The notes beneath the pieces are model-generated. The model was given only the letters and a program-made list of their open reading frames with translations, was not told the origin of the DNA and made no database searches. A DNA stretch of 64,000 nucleotides from Candidatus Fervidifonticultor sextus. GTDB taxonomy: Bacteria > Sysuimicrobiota > Sysuimicrobiia > Sysuimicrobiales > Humicultoraceae. The stretch is from contig JAVKHQ010000006.1 in NCBI GenBank assembly GCA_031459875.1, positions 36,312 to 100,311 on the forward strand. Reading direction: 5' to 3'. A program made the position numbers and the translations under genes. Below are positions 37,456 through 47,584 of this stretch, piece after piece. Position 1 is the stretch's first letter. Each line of letters begins with the position of its first letter.

Positions 37456-38777
37456 GGCCGTGTCCTCCCCGGGCCGGGCGAGGGCCCCGGGCGGGTGCCG
37501 GCCGGGCCCGAGGAGGGCCCGCCGCCGGCGCCGGTCCGCACCTTCATCCCGTCCCGCAGTCCTTGCTGCCCGGCCACGACGATGGATTCGCCGGGGTCGA
37601 GGCCTTCGAGGATCTCTGAGCGGCTCCCTTCCACATAGCCGACACGGACGACCCGTTCCTCCACGGTGTCGTCCTTCACGACGAACACCAGCGTGGCCTC
37701 CCCTCGCCGGACGATGGCGTCGGAGGGGATCAAGATGGCCTGGCGCTCGTCGAAAACCACTGTAGCGCGCGCGAACATCCCCGGGCGCAGCGCCTGATCG
37801 CCGTTGGGCAGGACGACGACCAGCCGGACGCTGCGCGAGGCCGCGTCCAGCGCCGGGGCGACCCGGGCGATGCTCCCTTCGAACAGCCGATCGGGCAGCG
37901 CGTCCACGCGGATCCGCACCACGGTCGTCCTGCGCAACCGCGGCAAGTCAGTTTCGGGCAGCGGCACGTGGACCTCGATCGGCCGGATCGTCGCGACCGT
38001 GGCCACCACGGTCTGGGTCGAGATGACGGCGCCGGGCTTGACGTCCACACGGGTCACCACGCCGGCGATCGGAGAGGTGATGCGCAGTTCGCGCAGGCGC
38101 GCACGGGCGGCCGCCGCCTGAGCCTCGGCCTGCCGGACCAGGGCGGCCTGGGCGTCGATGTCCTCGGGTCGGGGCCCCTGGCGCACCAGAGCCAGTTGTT
38201 CCCGGGCGGCACGCAGGCGCGCGCGGGCCAGCTCCGTGTCGGTCTCCGCACGGTCCACGGCGGCCCGGGCGACCAGGCCGTCGGCGAAGAGTTGCCGCGC
38301 GCGGGCCAGGTCGCGTTCGGCCTGCGCCAGCGACGTCTCGGCCTGGGCTACCCCGGCCTCGGCCTGCGCCACCTCCTGCGGGCGGGGTCCGGCCCGCAGT
38401 TGCGCCAGCCGCGCCCGCTGCACCTCCACGGCGGCCTCCGCCTGCCGGACCGCCAGTTCGAGTTCGGGATCGTCGATGCGCGCGACGAGACTGCCTGCGG
38501 CCACCTGGGAGCCTTCCCCGACCAGGACGGCACCGAGTCGGCCGGCCATGCGCGAGACGATGTCGACCGTCGCGGAAGCCCGTACGTCGGCGGGAAACGT
38601 GCTCTGCTCGACCAGGCGCGTGGCGTCGACCACGAGGGTCCTCACCAGCGGCGCTGGACGCCGGACGGGCGCCGGGGGTTCGCTGGCGGCCTGTCGGCTG
38701 TTGATCCGCTGCATGGCGCCGATGACGGCGGCGACGAACACCCCCAGGATGATCAGGGACCGGAGCAGGCGCCCCAT
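37452..38777 (-). CDS. RND periplasmic adaptor (membrane fusion protein)
   Basis: ATG at 38777; TM anchor, lipoyl halves, long alpha-hairpin, LRPGMFA, IPSDAIV. Confidence 0.92.
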   Translation of the reverse strand: MGRLLRSLIILGVFVAAVIGAMQRINSRQAASEPPAPVRRPAPLVRTLVVDATRLVEQSTFPADVRASATVDIVSRMAGRLGAVLVGEGSQVAAGSLVARIDDPELELAVRQAEAAVEVQRARLAQLRAGPRPQEVAQAEAGVAQAETSLAQAERDLARARQLFADGLVARAAVDRAETDTELARARLRAAREQLALVRQGPRPEDIDAQAALVRQAEAQAAAARARLRELRITSPIAGVVTRVDVKPGAVISTQTVVATVATIRPIEVHVPLPETDLPRLRRTTVVRIRVDALPDRLFEGSIARVAPALDAASRSVRLVVVLPNGDQALRPGMFARATVVFDERQAILIPSDAIVRRGEATLVFVVKDDTVEERVVRVGYVEGSRSEILEGLDPGESIVVAGQQGLRDGMKVRTGAGGGPSSGPAGTRPGPSPGPGRTRP

Positions 38778-39718
38778 CAGGCGTGCACGCCCTGGCCGAG
38801 CGTCTGCAGGTGGCGCATCGAGCCGTACCGGGCCACGAGGGCGTCGAACTCCCGCTGATCGTAGAACTCGCACCGGCCGGCGCCGTAGGCCTTGGCGACC
38901 TCCAGACAGAAGCGCACGGCCGTCTCGATGTCGGCGGCCTGGCTGGCCCCGGTGGCCGATCCCGGCACGGCCACCACGGCTGTGAGCGCCACCCCGACCA
39001 CAGGCGCGGTGGTTGCCGTCGAGGGCTGCATGATGCTGTTGATGTGCCGCAGCCCGTTCCCATACGGCGTGATGTCCTGGGTCGCCAGCGGCAGGACCAC
39101 GGGCGGGAGCCCCGTCACCCACTGGTAGATGTCGAGCAGGTCGTCGGAGGTCCGCAGGATGTAGCCCTCCTTGACCGTTGGACTGATGGCGATCCCCTTG
39201 TGGTTGAGTACCCGGTTGCCCCGCGTGGTGTCCACGGACAGGATCGCCTCCATCGCGGGGTCCACTTCGTGGGCGTTCATCGTGGCGATGTCAACCGGCG
39301 ACATCATCATCGGAACCGTGGGGGTGTCGTGGATGAACGCGCGCGGACAGATGTGGGTCGCCACGATCACGTCCCCGGGCAGCAGGTCGCCTTCGCGCTG
39401 CATGGCGGCGAGTTTGAGCGCGCAGGCGATGGCCGTGATGGCGCCGTCGGCATCCGAGACCAGGCCGATCCGGTCCGGGCGCGCGCCGATGCCGCCGAGC
39501 CGGCCGATGATGCCCAGCGTCCGCGCCTCTCCCCCGCGGCTACGGCCGTGGTGCCCCGGGAAGACCACCCGCACGAAGTCCGTCGAGCCACGCGCCCCGG
39601 CGACCGTCGTCACCTGACATTCGGCGCCCCTGACGCGGAGCGCGGCGGCGACCATCGCCCCACTGGCCTGGGGCGAGTCGAGCAGATCCCACGCTTCGAG
39701 CGTCTGTGTCCAGGCCAC
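38777..39718 (-). CDS. DUF1177 family protein
   Basis: GSTDFV, LGIIGRLGGIGARP..GLVSDADG, THICP, DTTRGNR, TPYGNGLRHINSI. Confidence 0.85.
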   Translation of the reverse strand: MAWTQTLEAWDLLDSPQASGAMVAAALRVRGAECQVTTVAGARGSTDFVRVVFPGHHGRSRGGEARTLGIIGRLGGIGARPDRIGLVSDADGAITAIACALKLAAMQREGDLLPGDVIVATHICPRAFIHDTPTVPMMMSPVDIATMNAHEVDPAMEAILSVDTTRGNRVLNHKGIAISPTVKEGYILRTSDDLLDIYQWVTGLPPVVLPLATQDITPYGNGLRHINSIMQPSTATTAPVVGVALTAVVAVPGSATGASQAADIETAVRFCLEVAKAYGAGRCEFYDQREFDALVARYGSMRHLQTLGQGVHA

Positions 39719-39837
39719 GCACGGTCCTCCAGGGTCGGGCGGGCAACCGGTGCCTACGGCATTTCGGCCGTGGGCCGGTCTCCTCCTGCGGGTTGCCGCG
39801 CCCGCGGTCCAATGATACGATACCTCAGGCTCCCTCG

Positions 39838-40395
39838 ATGGACCAGCCGATCCTCACCCGTCCCCCGGCAGAGGCATGGGCGGCCGAGGCCGTCGGACAG
39901 GCCCAGCACCTGCGCGATGCCGCCGAGGTCATCCGACGCCTGGCTGCCGGCCTGACCTACCACCCGGTCACCGGCCGGAGGCCACAGGCCAGCCCTGAAC
40001 TCCTGGATGCCCTCGCCGCCGTGGAGCGAGTCGTGCGGATGATCCAGCAGGGCGCCGAGGCGCGCGGCCTCGACCAGATCGTGGCGTCGGATGCCTTCGG
40101 CGCCGAGCAGGTTCGCTGCAGCCATGCGGCGGTAGAGGGGGGCGTCCAGGCGGTCGTGTCGGCGCTCGGTGTGCTCCGCCAGGTCCTGGAGGCGCGTGAG
40201 GACGCCACGCTGGACGCGCCCTACGGCCGGGGCGCGCCGGCCCGCCACCATCCTGGCGCACTGTGCACCATCGTCGCGGAACGCGTCGAGGATCTGGCCA
40301 GGGCGCTCGAAGTGGCCGCCGTCACCTGGGCCAACCTCGCCCTCAGGACAGATCAGGGAGATCCCCCCAGTCCCCGGAAGTGGATTCCCGGGTAG
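39838..40395 (+). CDS. Hypothetical all-helical protein
   Basis: Host-like codon use, divergent from DUF1177; no motif recognised; start uncertain. Confidence 0.6.
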   Translation: MDQPILTRPPAEAWAAEAVGQAQHLRDAAEVIRRLAAGLTYHPVTGRRPQASPELLDALAAVERVVRMIQQGAEARGLDQIVASDAFGAEQVRCSHAAVEGGVQAVVSALGVLRQVLEAREDATLDAPYGRGAPARHHPGALCTIVAERVEDLARALEVAAVTWANLALRTDQGDPPSPRKWIPG

Positions 40396-41801
40396 AGCCG
40401 GACCGCACGATCGGCGCCGATCGGCACGATAAAGGGCGGCTCGAGCCGTTCAAACGTGCCGGAGAGCGCCTCAAACGGGGCGCCCCCCAGGTGGTCCACC
40501 AGGAGGCCGTTGCGGCCGACCCAGAGGTCCGGCGGCTGCCAGAGTACAAATCCCCGGAAGGGGACCACGACGGGCAGGCGCTCCCGCAACGCGAACGCAA
40601 TCTGGCTGCCCGCCTGGTAGGTCTCGGCGAGGACGAACACCTCGCCGGGCCGGCCCAGGCTCGGGGCCACACGTTCGATCTCGCGTGCCACCTGTTGCCA
40701 GCCTGCGGCTTCCTGGTGGAATGCCGATGAGACCGGCGTGGGCAGTGCGGCCAGGACGATGGCCACGAGCGTGACGGTCAGGCTGGTGAGGACCCCTGCC
40801 CGCAGCAGGCGCTGCGGTCTCCACTGCGGCCACAGAGCGGCCGCCGCGATCAGCGCAGAGAGCAGCGCAGGACCGGTGTAGTGCGGCTTGGCCAGAGCCC
40901 GGGTGCTGGACAGGGCGACCACGAGCAAGGTGGGCGCCGCGCCCCACAGGAGCAGTCGGAAGCGATCGTCCCCGCGGGCCCGTGCCGCCACGGCGGCCAG
41001 CGCCGCCAGCAGGATGGGAAATCCCAGCGGCCCGTAGTAGACGAACTGCGAGCCGACGAAGGCGGCCACGTTGGCCGGGGCTGTCATCGGCTCAATCCAC
41101 GGGTCCACCACCAGTGCCCGCTTCAGCGTGGCCCACCCGTGCGCAGCGTTCCACCGGACGAGGGGGACGAGCACGAGGGCGCCGGTGGCGGCGGCCAGGT
41201 ACGGCCCCCGCGTGCGCAGCCACCCCCGCCCCGACGGAGTCGTCAGGACGAACCCGGCGAGCGAGAGCGCCAGGGCCCCGCCGGCCAGTTTGGACTGGAC
41301 CGCCAGCCCCACCGCGGCCCCGGCAGCGGGCCACGCCCACGCCACCCCCCTGGTCGCCATCCACCCGAAGAGCATGGCCGCAAGCCAGAAGAACCCCAGC
41401 GGCGCGTCAGGCGCGGCGATGATGCCGCTGGCCGCGAAGGCCGGCAGTACCTGGAAGAGCAATGCCGCCCGCAGCCCCGCGGAAGGAGAGAAGAGCCTGC
41501 GGGTGAGCCCGTAGAGTACCACCGTGGACGCGGTGCCCAGCAGCACCGGGACGAGGCGGATGCCGGGCGCCGAATCGCCCAGCACCCACGTCCCCACGGC
41601 CACCAGCGCCGCGATCATCGGCGGGTGATCGGGATACCCCCACATCAGGTGCCTGGACCACACCCAGTAGTGGGCTTCGTCGTCCAGCAGCGGGACGACC
41701 AGCGCCGCCGCGGACCGGATCAGGGTGGAGACGAGGATGATCGCGAGCAGGGCCCCGGCGTGGTCTGGCCGGAGCGCTGTCTTCGGTCGGTCGGTGCGCA
41801 T
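40353..41801 (-). CDS. ArnT/PMT-like (GT39/GT83) membrane glycosyltransferase
   Basis: DDEAHYWVWSRHLMWGYPDHPPM, APDAPL, GLAVQSK; many TM segments; ATG 41801. Confidence 0.88.
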   Translation of the reverse strand: MRTDRPKTALRPDHAGALLAIILVSTLIRSAAALVVPLLDDEAHYWVWSRHLMWGYPDHPPMIAALVAVGTWVLGDSAPGIRLVPVLLGTASTVVLYGLTRRLFSPSAGLRAALLFQVLPAFAASGIIAAPDAPLGFFWLAAMLFGWMATRGVAWAWPAAGAAVGLAVQSKLAGGALALSLAGFVLTTPSGRGWLRTRGPYLAAATGALVLVPLVRWNAAHGWATLKRALVVDPWIEPMTAPANVAAFVGSQFVYYGPLGFPILLAALAAVAARARGDDRFRLLLWGAAPTLLVVALSSTRALAKPHYTGPALLSALIAAAALWPQWRPQRLLRAGVLTSLTVTLVAIVLAALPTPVSSAFHQEAAGWQQVAREIERVAPSLGRPGEVFVLAETYQAGSQIAFALRERLPVVVPFRGFVLWQPPDLWVGRNGLLVDHLGGAPFEALSGTFERLEPPFIVPIGADRAVRLYPGIHFRGLGGSP

Positions 41802-41833
41802 GGGGGCCGTCCGTGTGCGCGCCGCCTGTGGCG

Positions 41834-42553
41834 TCAGCGTCCGGCGCGGCGGAGGCCGGCAAGGGCCACCGCACGGCGGAAGATCCGGGCCAGCATCGGG
41901 CGGGTGAGCCGCCGCGTCTGCGTGTTCTGCCGACTGGGGTGGTAGGTGTCCAGAAGCGCCACCGGCCGCCCGTTGGGACGCACGAGGGTGGCGCAGGCGC
42001 CGTGGGCGAATCGCGGCCGGGGGCTCGGGAGGCGCCACCCCAGCGCACCGACCGCCCGCAGCACCGCAGCGTGGGCGATCTGTCCCAACGCTACGATCAC
42101 CCGCACGCCGCGAAGCAGCGTGAGTTCGCGGAGGAGGTACTCCCGGCAGTTGGACAGTTCTTCGGGCCGCGGCCGGTTGTCCGGCGGCGCGCACCGGGCG
42201 GCCGCGGTGAGGTAGACGTCGCGGAAGGTCAGGCCGTCGTCGCGGCTCACCGAGACCGGTTTCGACGCCAGGCCCGCGCCGTGGAGAACCGCGATGAGGA
42301 AGTCCCCCGATCCGTCCCCGGTGAACATCCGGCCGGTGCGGTTGGCGCCGTGCGCGGCCGGCGCCAGGCCCACGACGAGGATGGACGCCTCCGGATCGCC
42401 CACCCCCGGGACTGGCCGACCCCAGTACTCCCAGGTGGCGTACTGTGGCTTGCGCCGGCGCGCCACCGCCTCGCGGTAGGCGACGAGGCGCGGGCACCGG
42501 CGGCAGGCGATGACCGTGGCGGCCAGGGCAGCGAGCGACGGAGGCGGACCCAT
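41834..42553 (-). CDS. udgB: Uracil-DNA glycosylase family 5 (UdgB-type, Fe-S)
   Basis: CRRCPRL, GLAPAAHGANRTGRMFTGD, RCAPPDNRP, YHPS. Confidence 0.92.
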   Translation of the reverse strand: MGPPPSLAALAATVIACRRCPRLVAYREAVARRRKPQYATWEYWGRPVPGVGDPEASILVVGLAPAAHGANRTGRMFTGDGSGDFLIAVLHGAGLASKPVSVSRDDGLTFRDVYLTAAARCAPPDNRPRPEELSNCREYLLRELTLLRGVRVIVALGQIAHAAVLRAVGALGWRLPSPRPRFAHGACATLVRPNGRPVALLDTYHPSRQNTQTRRLTRPMLARIFRRAVALAGLRRAGR

Positions 42554-42561
42554 GGGTTTTC

Positions 42562-42591
42562 TTGACGCTACTTTTTCTCCGGGCCTATAAT
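42562..42591 (+). promoter_or_regulatory. Near-consensus sigma70 promoter of tRNA-Val
   Basis: TTGACG - 18 nt - TATAAT. Confidence 0.8.
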
Positions 42592-42608
42592 ACCCTCTGC
42601 CACCACCG

Positions 42609-42683
42609 GGGCGGTTAGCTCAGTGGGAGAGCGCATCCTTCACACGGATGAGGCCGCAGGTTCGAGCCCTGCACCGCCCACCA
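42609..42683 (+). tRNA. tRNA-Val (CAC)
   Basis: GGGCGGT/ACCGCCC acceptor stem, CATCC-TT CAC AC-GGATG, GGTTCGAGCC, CCA end. Confidence 0.97.
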
Positions 42684-43281
42684 CCCAGAACCCGCGTCAG
42701 GACTAGACAGACTAGATTGTACTCAAGGCCGAGACGCTCAAGCGAACGAGTCTGCACGATCCGGACGAGTGGGACAGGCGGCCTATGAAGGACTTCTTGA
42801 CATCTGGCACAGGTTTGATGTTTCTCATCGGTGGTTTCTCCGCGTCATACGGGCGGAGGAGCAGGTTCGAGTGGCCTCGGAGCGGGCAGGGACCGACGAG
42901 GCGAGAGCCGAGATTGAACAGCAGGCTGGCACGGTGTGGCAGGACTTCGTGGATTGGAAATGAGTGGCTTGGTTGGAGCGGGAAGGAGTCTGAGGACGAC
43001 CGTTTCTCAGCAGACCCAACACTACTGGCTTCAGACACCCGGTGAGGGATGAAATCCCATCCGGCTCGCTCTGCCTTATAGAGGGTGTTGGAAGCCCAAA
43101 ATGGAAAGACCCCAGTCAAGGGGGAAACCTATGCGTGGCTGGGTAGCCGCCGTGCTATGCGCGGTTTTCATGCTCCTGCCTTCTTGCTCCTCAGGCGCAG
43201 TCTCAACCCTCGACTGATCCCTCAAGCGCCCTGGAACGGAGGATTTTCGAGGCGCAAGAGACCCTGGAGCGAATCGCATGG

Positions 43282-44046
43282 GTGGATGCGACCACACTGC
43301 TGGCCGTAGTGCGGCTGCCCGCTGGTCTCCAGGTCAAACTCCTCAATATTGCCACTGGGGATGCGCGTGATATCGGCCCAGGAGGGTGCGCTTCGCTGTC
43401 ACCGGACCGTTCTAGGGCCGCATGGGTCCGGGGTCCCGGCCAGACCCCCACTGGTGACGCCTGGATAGTCGAGTTCCGGAGCATGCAGACCCGCCAACTG
43501 ACGGTGGACGCGGTTCAAGAAGACCCGGACCGGCCTCTGCACGGGGGACCCATACGAGTGAGTTGTTTGACCTGGGCCCCAGATGGCCAGCGGATTGCCC
43601 TCGCGACTGGAGGGGTACTGTCGAGAGGCCCAATCGTCATCGTGTCAGCCGTGAATGGGCGGGTTCAGGCCAGGATCGAAAACGATGAGTTCATGGTGGG
43701 AAGTCTATCGTGGAGCCCAGATGGAAGAAAACTCGCATTCTCATCGGTCGTCTTTGGATTTGGGAACGGATACGCAGTCAACCAGATCGAGACATTCGAC
43801 TTCCGCACCCGGGTCCGTTCGAAACTGCTTGACGTTCCTGCAAAGTACGCTGCGGGGAACCTGCTTTACTCTCCTGATGGGCGGGCCTTGTTGTTCGACG
43901 CCTTTGTGGACGGTGATCAGATCTTCGTCTATGAAGGGACGGGTGTCCGCACGCTGGTACGGGGGCGTTCCCCTGCGTGGTTACCAGGCCAGCAATCGCT
44001 GACCTTTGTCCGCGGCAGGAACGTCTACGCCCTAGGTCAGAGGTGA
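43282..44046 (+). CDS. TolB-like/PD40 beta-propeller protein, likely 5'-truncated
   Basis: Repeats LSPDR, WAPDG, WSPDG, YSPDG, PAWLP; atypical codon use. Confidence 0.7.
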   Translation: MDATTLLAVVRLPAGLQVKLLNIATGDARDIGPGGCASLSPDRSRAAWVRGPGQTPTGDAWIVEFRSMQTRQLTVDAVQEDPDRPLHGGPIRVSCLTWAPDGQRIALATGGVLSRGPIVIVSAVNGRVQARIENDEFMVGSLSWSPDGRKLAFSSVVFGFGNGYAVNQIETFDFRTRVRSKLLDVPAKYAAGNLLYSPDGRALLFDAFVDGDQIFVYEGTGVRTLVRGRSPAWLPGQQSLTFVRGRNVYALGQR

Positions 44047-44084
44047 GTCGTTCCGCCTGCACCGGGCCAGAGAAGGGACGGACA

Positions 44085-44763
44085 GTGAAGCGGCTGCTGG
44101 CAGTCATCGCGTTGACGGTCCTCTTGGCCAGCGCCGTGCCTCCGGCGCGCGCCGAGATCGCCGACCCGTGGGAACGCATGATCCTCAACGCCCTCTGCAC
44201 GCAGAATCGGTGCGATGTTCCCGACGATCCCGTCTTCAAGGGATGGCTCGAGCGCCTCGATCCGATCGTGCAGCGGCGGGGTGCGGCTCATGGGCAGGCT
44301 CGCCCCGAGGGCGAGGTCCAACACCGGTGATCTCTTCGACGACCATCCTTCGGTGCAGGAGCGCGTCGAGCGGCCCGGTCGGGCTTATGACTGCCATGTC
44401 CCGTCGCCTGACGCCAGGCTCGTCACGTTCAGGGCACAGGCCGAGGTCGGTCCATTCCAGGCCAGCGTCGCCTCGGTCGAGTTTGCCCGCGGGGCCGCGG
44501 TGGTCAACCTCTTCCTGTCCAACCGCGGCGGAGTGGAGATCGACCTCTTCACCGCCGTCACCGGGGCGACGCTGACGGACAGCACCGGACGGGCATTCCT
44601 GGTACGGCTGCTGCGGAGCCAGTTCCCGGACCGGCTCGCGCTGGGGGCCAGGCGCGCGTGCGGCTCGTCTTGGGATCCTACTGCGACGGCGTGGGCGTCG
44701 CCGCAGGCGTGGGAGGCGGTGTGGGTGCCGGCGTCAGGCTTCCAGGCGCCGCCTCCAGTCTGA
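44085..44763 (+). pseudogene. Fragmented secreted protein, possible M48 peptidase remnant
   Basis: Signal peptide KRLLAVIALTVLLASAVPPARA; frame change near 44285 into LFDDHPSVQERVER (M48-like C-terminal HP..ER); no HExxH. Confidence 0.45.
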
Positions 44764-45276
44764 ATTTCAACGTCTGAGGGGCCCCCCGGCCCAGGCCGAC
44801 CTGAAAGGTCCACTCCCCCAGCCGTTCACGGACAGGTTTGCCCCGGACCGGGATCATGAGGAGGACGAGCCGCCGGTCCTCCCGCGCCAGCGCTTCGGCA
44901 TCCGCCGCGACGGCAAGGATGGCCGCGATCGTGTAGGTGATAATGCGGCCCGGATCGACGGTGAGGGTCGGCCGCACCGCCCAGACAGAGGTCTGCTCGG
45001 GATCAAGCAATTGAATGGGCACTTCCGTCCGGCCCTCCGGGACGTGCTCGATCTGAATGTGGAGGGCGATGTAGGGGTCCTGGTTGGTGAACCGATTTCC
45101 GCAGTCGCGGGGTACCCATTCAGAGCCGTAGACGGTATCGCGGGAGATCACCTTCCTGCACGCGGAAAGCTGACCCGGGCCTGTGCGTCGGCGGCCAGTT
45201 GCACCAGCGCGACCAGGCCGGTGGCGAAGGCCGTCGGCACCAAGAGCCTGGCACCTGTTGCCCGCACGTGGCTCAC
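44678..45276 (-). pseudogene. Secreted hypothetical protein split by a probable frameshift
   Basis: 42-aa signal-peptide-like ORF 45276-45148 (ends ..AADAQA..) overlaps GTG 45151 of a 157-aa beta-rich ORF with a PT-rich tail. Confidence 0.45.
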
Positions 45277-45297
45277 CCCCTTGAAAGATCCAATCGC

Positions 45298-45993
45298 CTA
45301 AATCGGGCAGCCCGCCAGGGCGGTGTGGATGGGCACGGCCTGCATCAACAGCCGCACGACGTTGCTCCCCTGGTGGATGCCGACCACTTCACCTCTTGCG
45401 TTTAGGAGGGGCGAGCCGGAACTGCCCGGCAGGGCCGCCGCGCCGCTGTCGCGGGTTACGATGATGCGCTCGGCGTTGACATCGGTGACCGTGCCCCACG
45501 CTTCGATGAGCACCGCGCCGCCGGGGTAGCCGATCACCCTGGCCCGCTCGCCAGGCCTGATCGGCACCGCGGAGATCACCAGGGGCGCCGAGAGCCGTTC
45601 CTCGGGCCCGGTGAACCGCAGGAGGGCGACGTCGTAGGGCTCCGGTTCGCCCCAGGGGGTCGGCTTGTAGCGGGTGTCCACGCACTGAACGTCGGCCGTG
45701 CCGAGGGTGGCCACCGGGCTCCCGAACTCGTTGGCGCCCACGAGCATCCACTGGTTGTAGCCGGGGCCGTCCTCTCGCTGGATGCGCTGCCTGTCGAGGA
45801 CGACGTGCGCATTGGTGTAGAAGAGACGTCTGCCCACGTAGAAGGCGGTCCCGATGGTGATGGATCTGCGCTGTTCCGGGTTGTGTAGACCGACGACAAC
45901 GATAGCCCGACGGAATGGCTCCGGGACAGCCCCACCGGCCAGCGCGGAGACAACCAGGAGGGCCGCAAGGGAATAGCATACCGTCCGGACCAC
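45298..45993 (-). CDS. Secreted trypsin-like (S1) serine protease
   Basis: TNAHVV, DVALL, GSSGSP triad; hydrophobic leader; start uncertain. Confidence 0.85.
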   Translation of the reverse strand: MVRTVCYSLAALLVVSALAGGAVPEPFRRAIVVVGLHNPEQRRSITIGTAFYVGRRLFYTNAHVVLDRQRIQREDGPGYNQWMLVGANEFGSPVATLGTADVQCVDTRYKPTPWGEPEPYDVALLRFTGPEERLSAPLVISAVPIRPGERARVIGYPGGAVLIEAWGTVTDVNAERIIVTRDSGAAALPGSSGSPLLNARGEVVGIHQGSNVVRLLMQAVPIHTALAGCPI

Positions 45994-46191
45994 GTTCCAC
46001 GCTCCTGGGATGGGTAAGCCAGGTGCCGAGGATACGCGCATAGGGGTGTTCGATGTCGCTGAACTCCTTCCTGCAGTGGGATCTCCGCCGCGGCGCCTGG
46101 AGGATTCCGGTGTCCGGGGCGGAAGTCCGGCTCGTGGTCCGCGGGCTGCAAGACCCCGCCCGGCTGAAGACCGCCTGCCCGGAGGTTTCCT

Positions 46192-47295
46192 GTGAACGAC
46201 CCCCGTCTGGCCAAACTCGCCCAAGTGCTGATCCACTACTCGCTGGCCGTGCGGCCCGGGCAACTGGTCCGCATCGGGGGGCCGGCACTGGCCGCGCCGC
46301 TGATCAGCGAGGCCTACCGGGAGGCGCTGACCGCCGGCGCGCACGTGGCGGTTCGCGTGACCGTCGACGGGCTGGAGGAGATCTTCTTCAAGCACGCCAC
46401 CGACGACCAGCTCCGGTTCGTCTCACCGCTGGCCGAGCACGAGGTCGAGAAGATCGATGCCGACCTCGGCATCTGGGCCCACTACAACACGCGTGAGTTA
46501 ACCGGCGTCGACCCCCGGCGGCAGGCCATCAGGCGTGACGCGACCCGTCGGCTCAGCCAGCGCTACCTCGAGCGGGCCGCCAGGGGCGAGTTGCGGTGGT
46601 GCGGCACCCAGTACCCCACCCACGCCGACGCCCAGGAGGCCGAGATGTCGCTGGCCGAGTACCAGGACTTCGTCTTCGGCGCCGGCCTGCTCGACCGGCC
46701 TGACCCGGTTGCGGCCTGGGAGCAGGTGCGCCGGGAACAGGACCGCATCGCCCGGATCCTCCAGCAGCACGACACGTTGCACCTGACGGGCCCGGACATC
46801 GACCTCACGGTGCGGGTCGGCGGCCGCACGTGGATCAATGCCGCCGGCGAGCACAACTTCCCCGACGGCGAGGTGTTCACCGGCCCGATCGAGACGGCGA
46901 CCAGCGGCCGCGTGCGGTTCTCCTTCCCGGCCATCTACGGCGGGCGTGAAGTCGACGGGATCACCCTGACCTTCAAGGAAGGCCGTGTCGTCGAGGCCAC
47001 CGCCCAGAAGGGCCAGGCGTTCCTGCTGGCGATGTTGGACCTGGACCCCGGCGCCCGGGTGCTGGGTGAATTCGCCTTCGGCCTGAACTACGGGATCACG
47101 CGGTTCACCAGAAACATCCTGTTCGACGAGAAGATCGGGGGAACCGTGCATCTGGCGCTGGGCTCGGCCTATCCTGAGACCGGCGGCACGAACACCTCGG
47201 GGCTCCACTGGGACATGATCTGCGATCTGCGCGCAGGTGCCGAGGTCCGGGCCGACGGCGAGGTAATCTACCGCGACGGGAAGTTCCTGGTCTGA
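46192..47295 (+). CDS. Aminopeptidase, M29 (AmpS/aminopeptidase T) family
   Basis: NFPDGEVFTGP, LGEFAFG, LFDEKIGGTVHLALG, SGLHWDMI. Confidence 0.95.
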   Translation: MNDPRLAKLAQVLIHYSLAVRPGQLVRIGGPALAAPLISEAYREALTAGAHVAVRVTVDGLEEIFFKHATDDQLRFVSPLAEHEVEKIDADLGIWAHYNTRELTGVDPRRQAIRRDATRRLSQRYLERAARGELRWCGTQYPTHADAQEAEMSLAEYQDFVFGAGLLDRPDPVAAWEQVRREQDRIARILQQHDTLHLTGPDIDLTVRVGGRTWINAAGEHNFPDGEVFTGPIETATSGRVRFSFPAIYGGREVDGITLTFKEGRVVEATAQKGQAFLLAMLDLDPGARVLGEFAFGLNYGITRFTRNILFDEKIGGTVHLALGSAYPETGGTNTSGLHWDMICDLRAGAEVRADGEVIYRDGKFLV

Positions 47296-47311
47296 AGCCT
47301 CGGGGCCCTTG

Positions 47312-47584
47312 CTAGGCGCGCTGGAAGTCGTCGATGAGTTCGTCGAACATCGCGTGGGTCTCTTCGCTGACCTGATCGGCCATCTCCGCGTAGCGGTGGT
47401 GTTCCAGGGCTTTGGTCTGGATGTTGGTGAGCATGCTGGCCTCGATCTCGCGGAGAAAGGCGATCACGTCTTCGCGCGGGAAGTCGCCGAACTCACCGTT
47501 CTTGAGGCGGCGGACGAACTCATCGAGCCCGCGCATTTCGATCTGACAGAGCTGCTCGTAGATTTCCCATAGCCGCTCGGTCAT
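47312..47584 (-). CDS. Small acidic helical hypothetical protein (90 aa)
   Basis: MTERLWEIYEQLCQIEMRGLDEF...; host-like codon use; weak SD. Confidence 0.7.
   Translation of the reverse strand: MTERLWEIYEQLCQIEMRGLDEFVRRLKNGEFGDFPREDVIAFLREIEASMLTNIQTKALEHHRYAEMADQVSEETHAMFDELIDDFQRA

Noticed and set aside
42861..42871. GCAGGTTCGAG identical to the tRNA-Val T-arm (42656-42666) as an att site
   Set aside because: Only 11 nt, about 200 nt away, does not include the tRNA 3' end, no integrase
46010..46190. Possible riboswitch upstream of the aminopeptidase
   Set aside because: Only generic GC-rich hairpins; no recognisable aptamer or terminator
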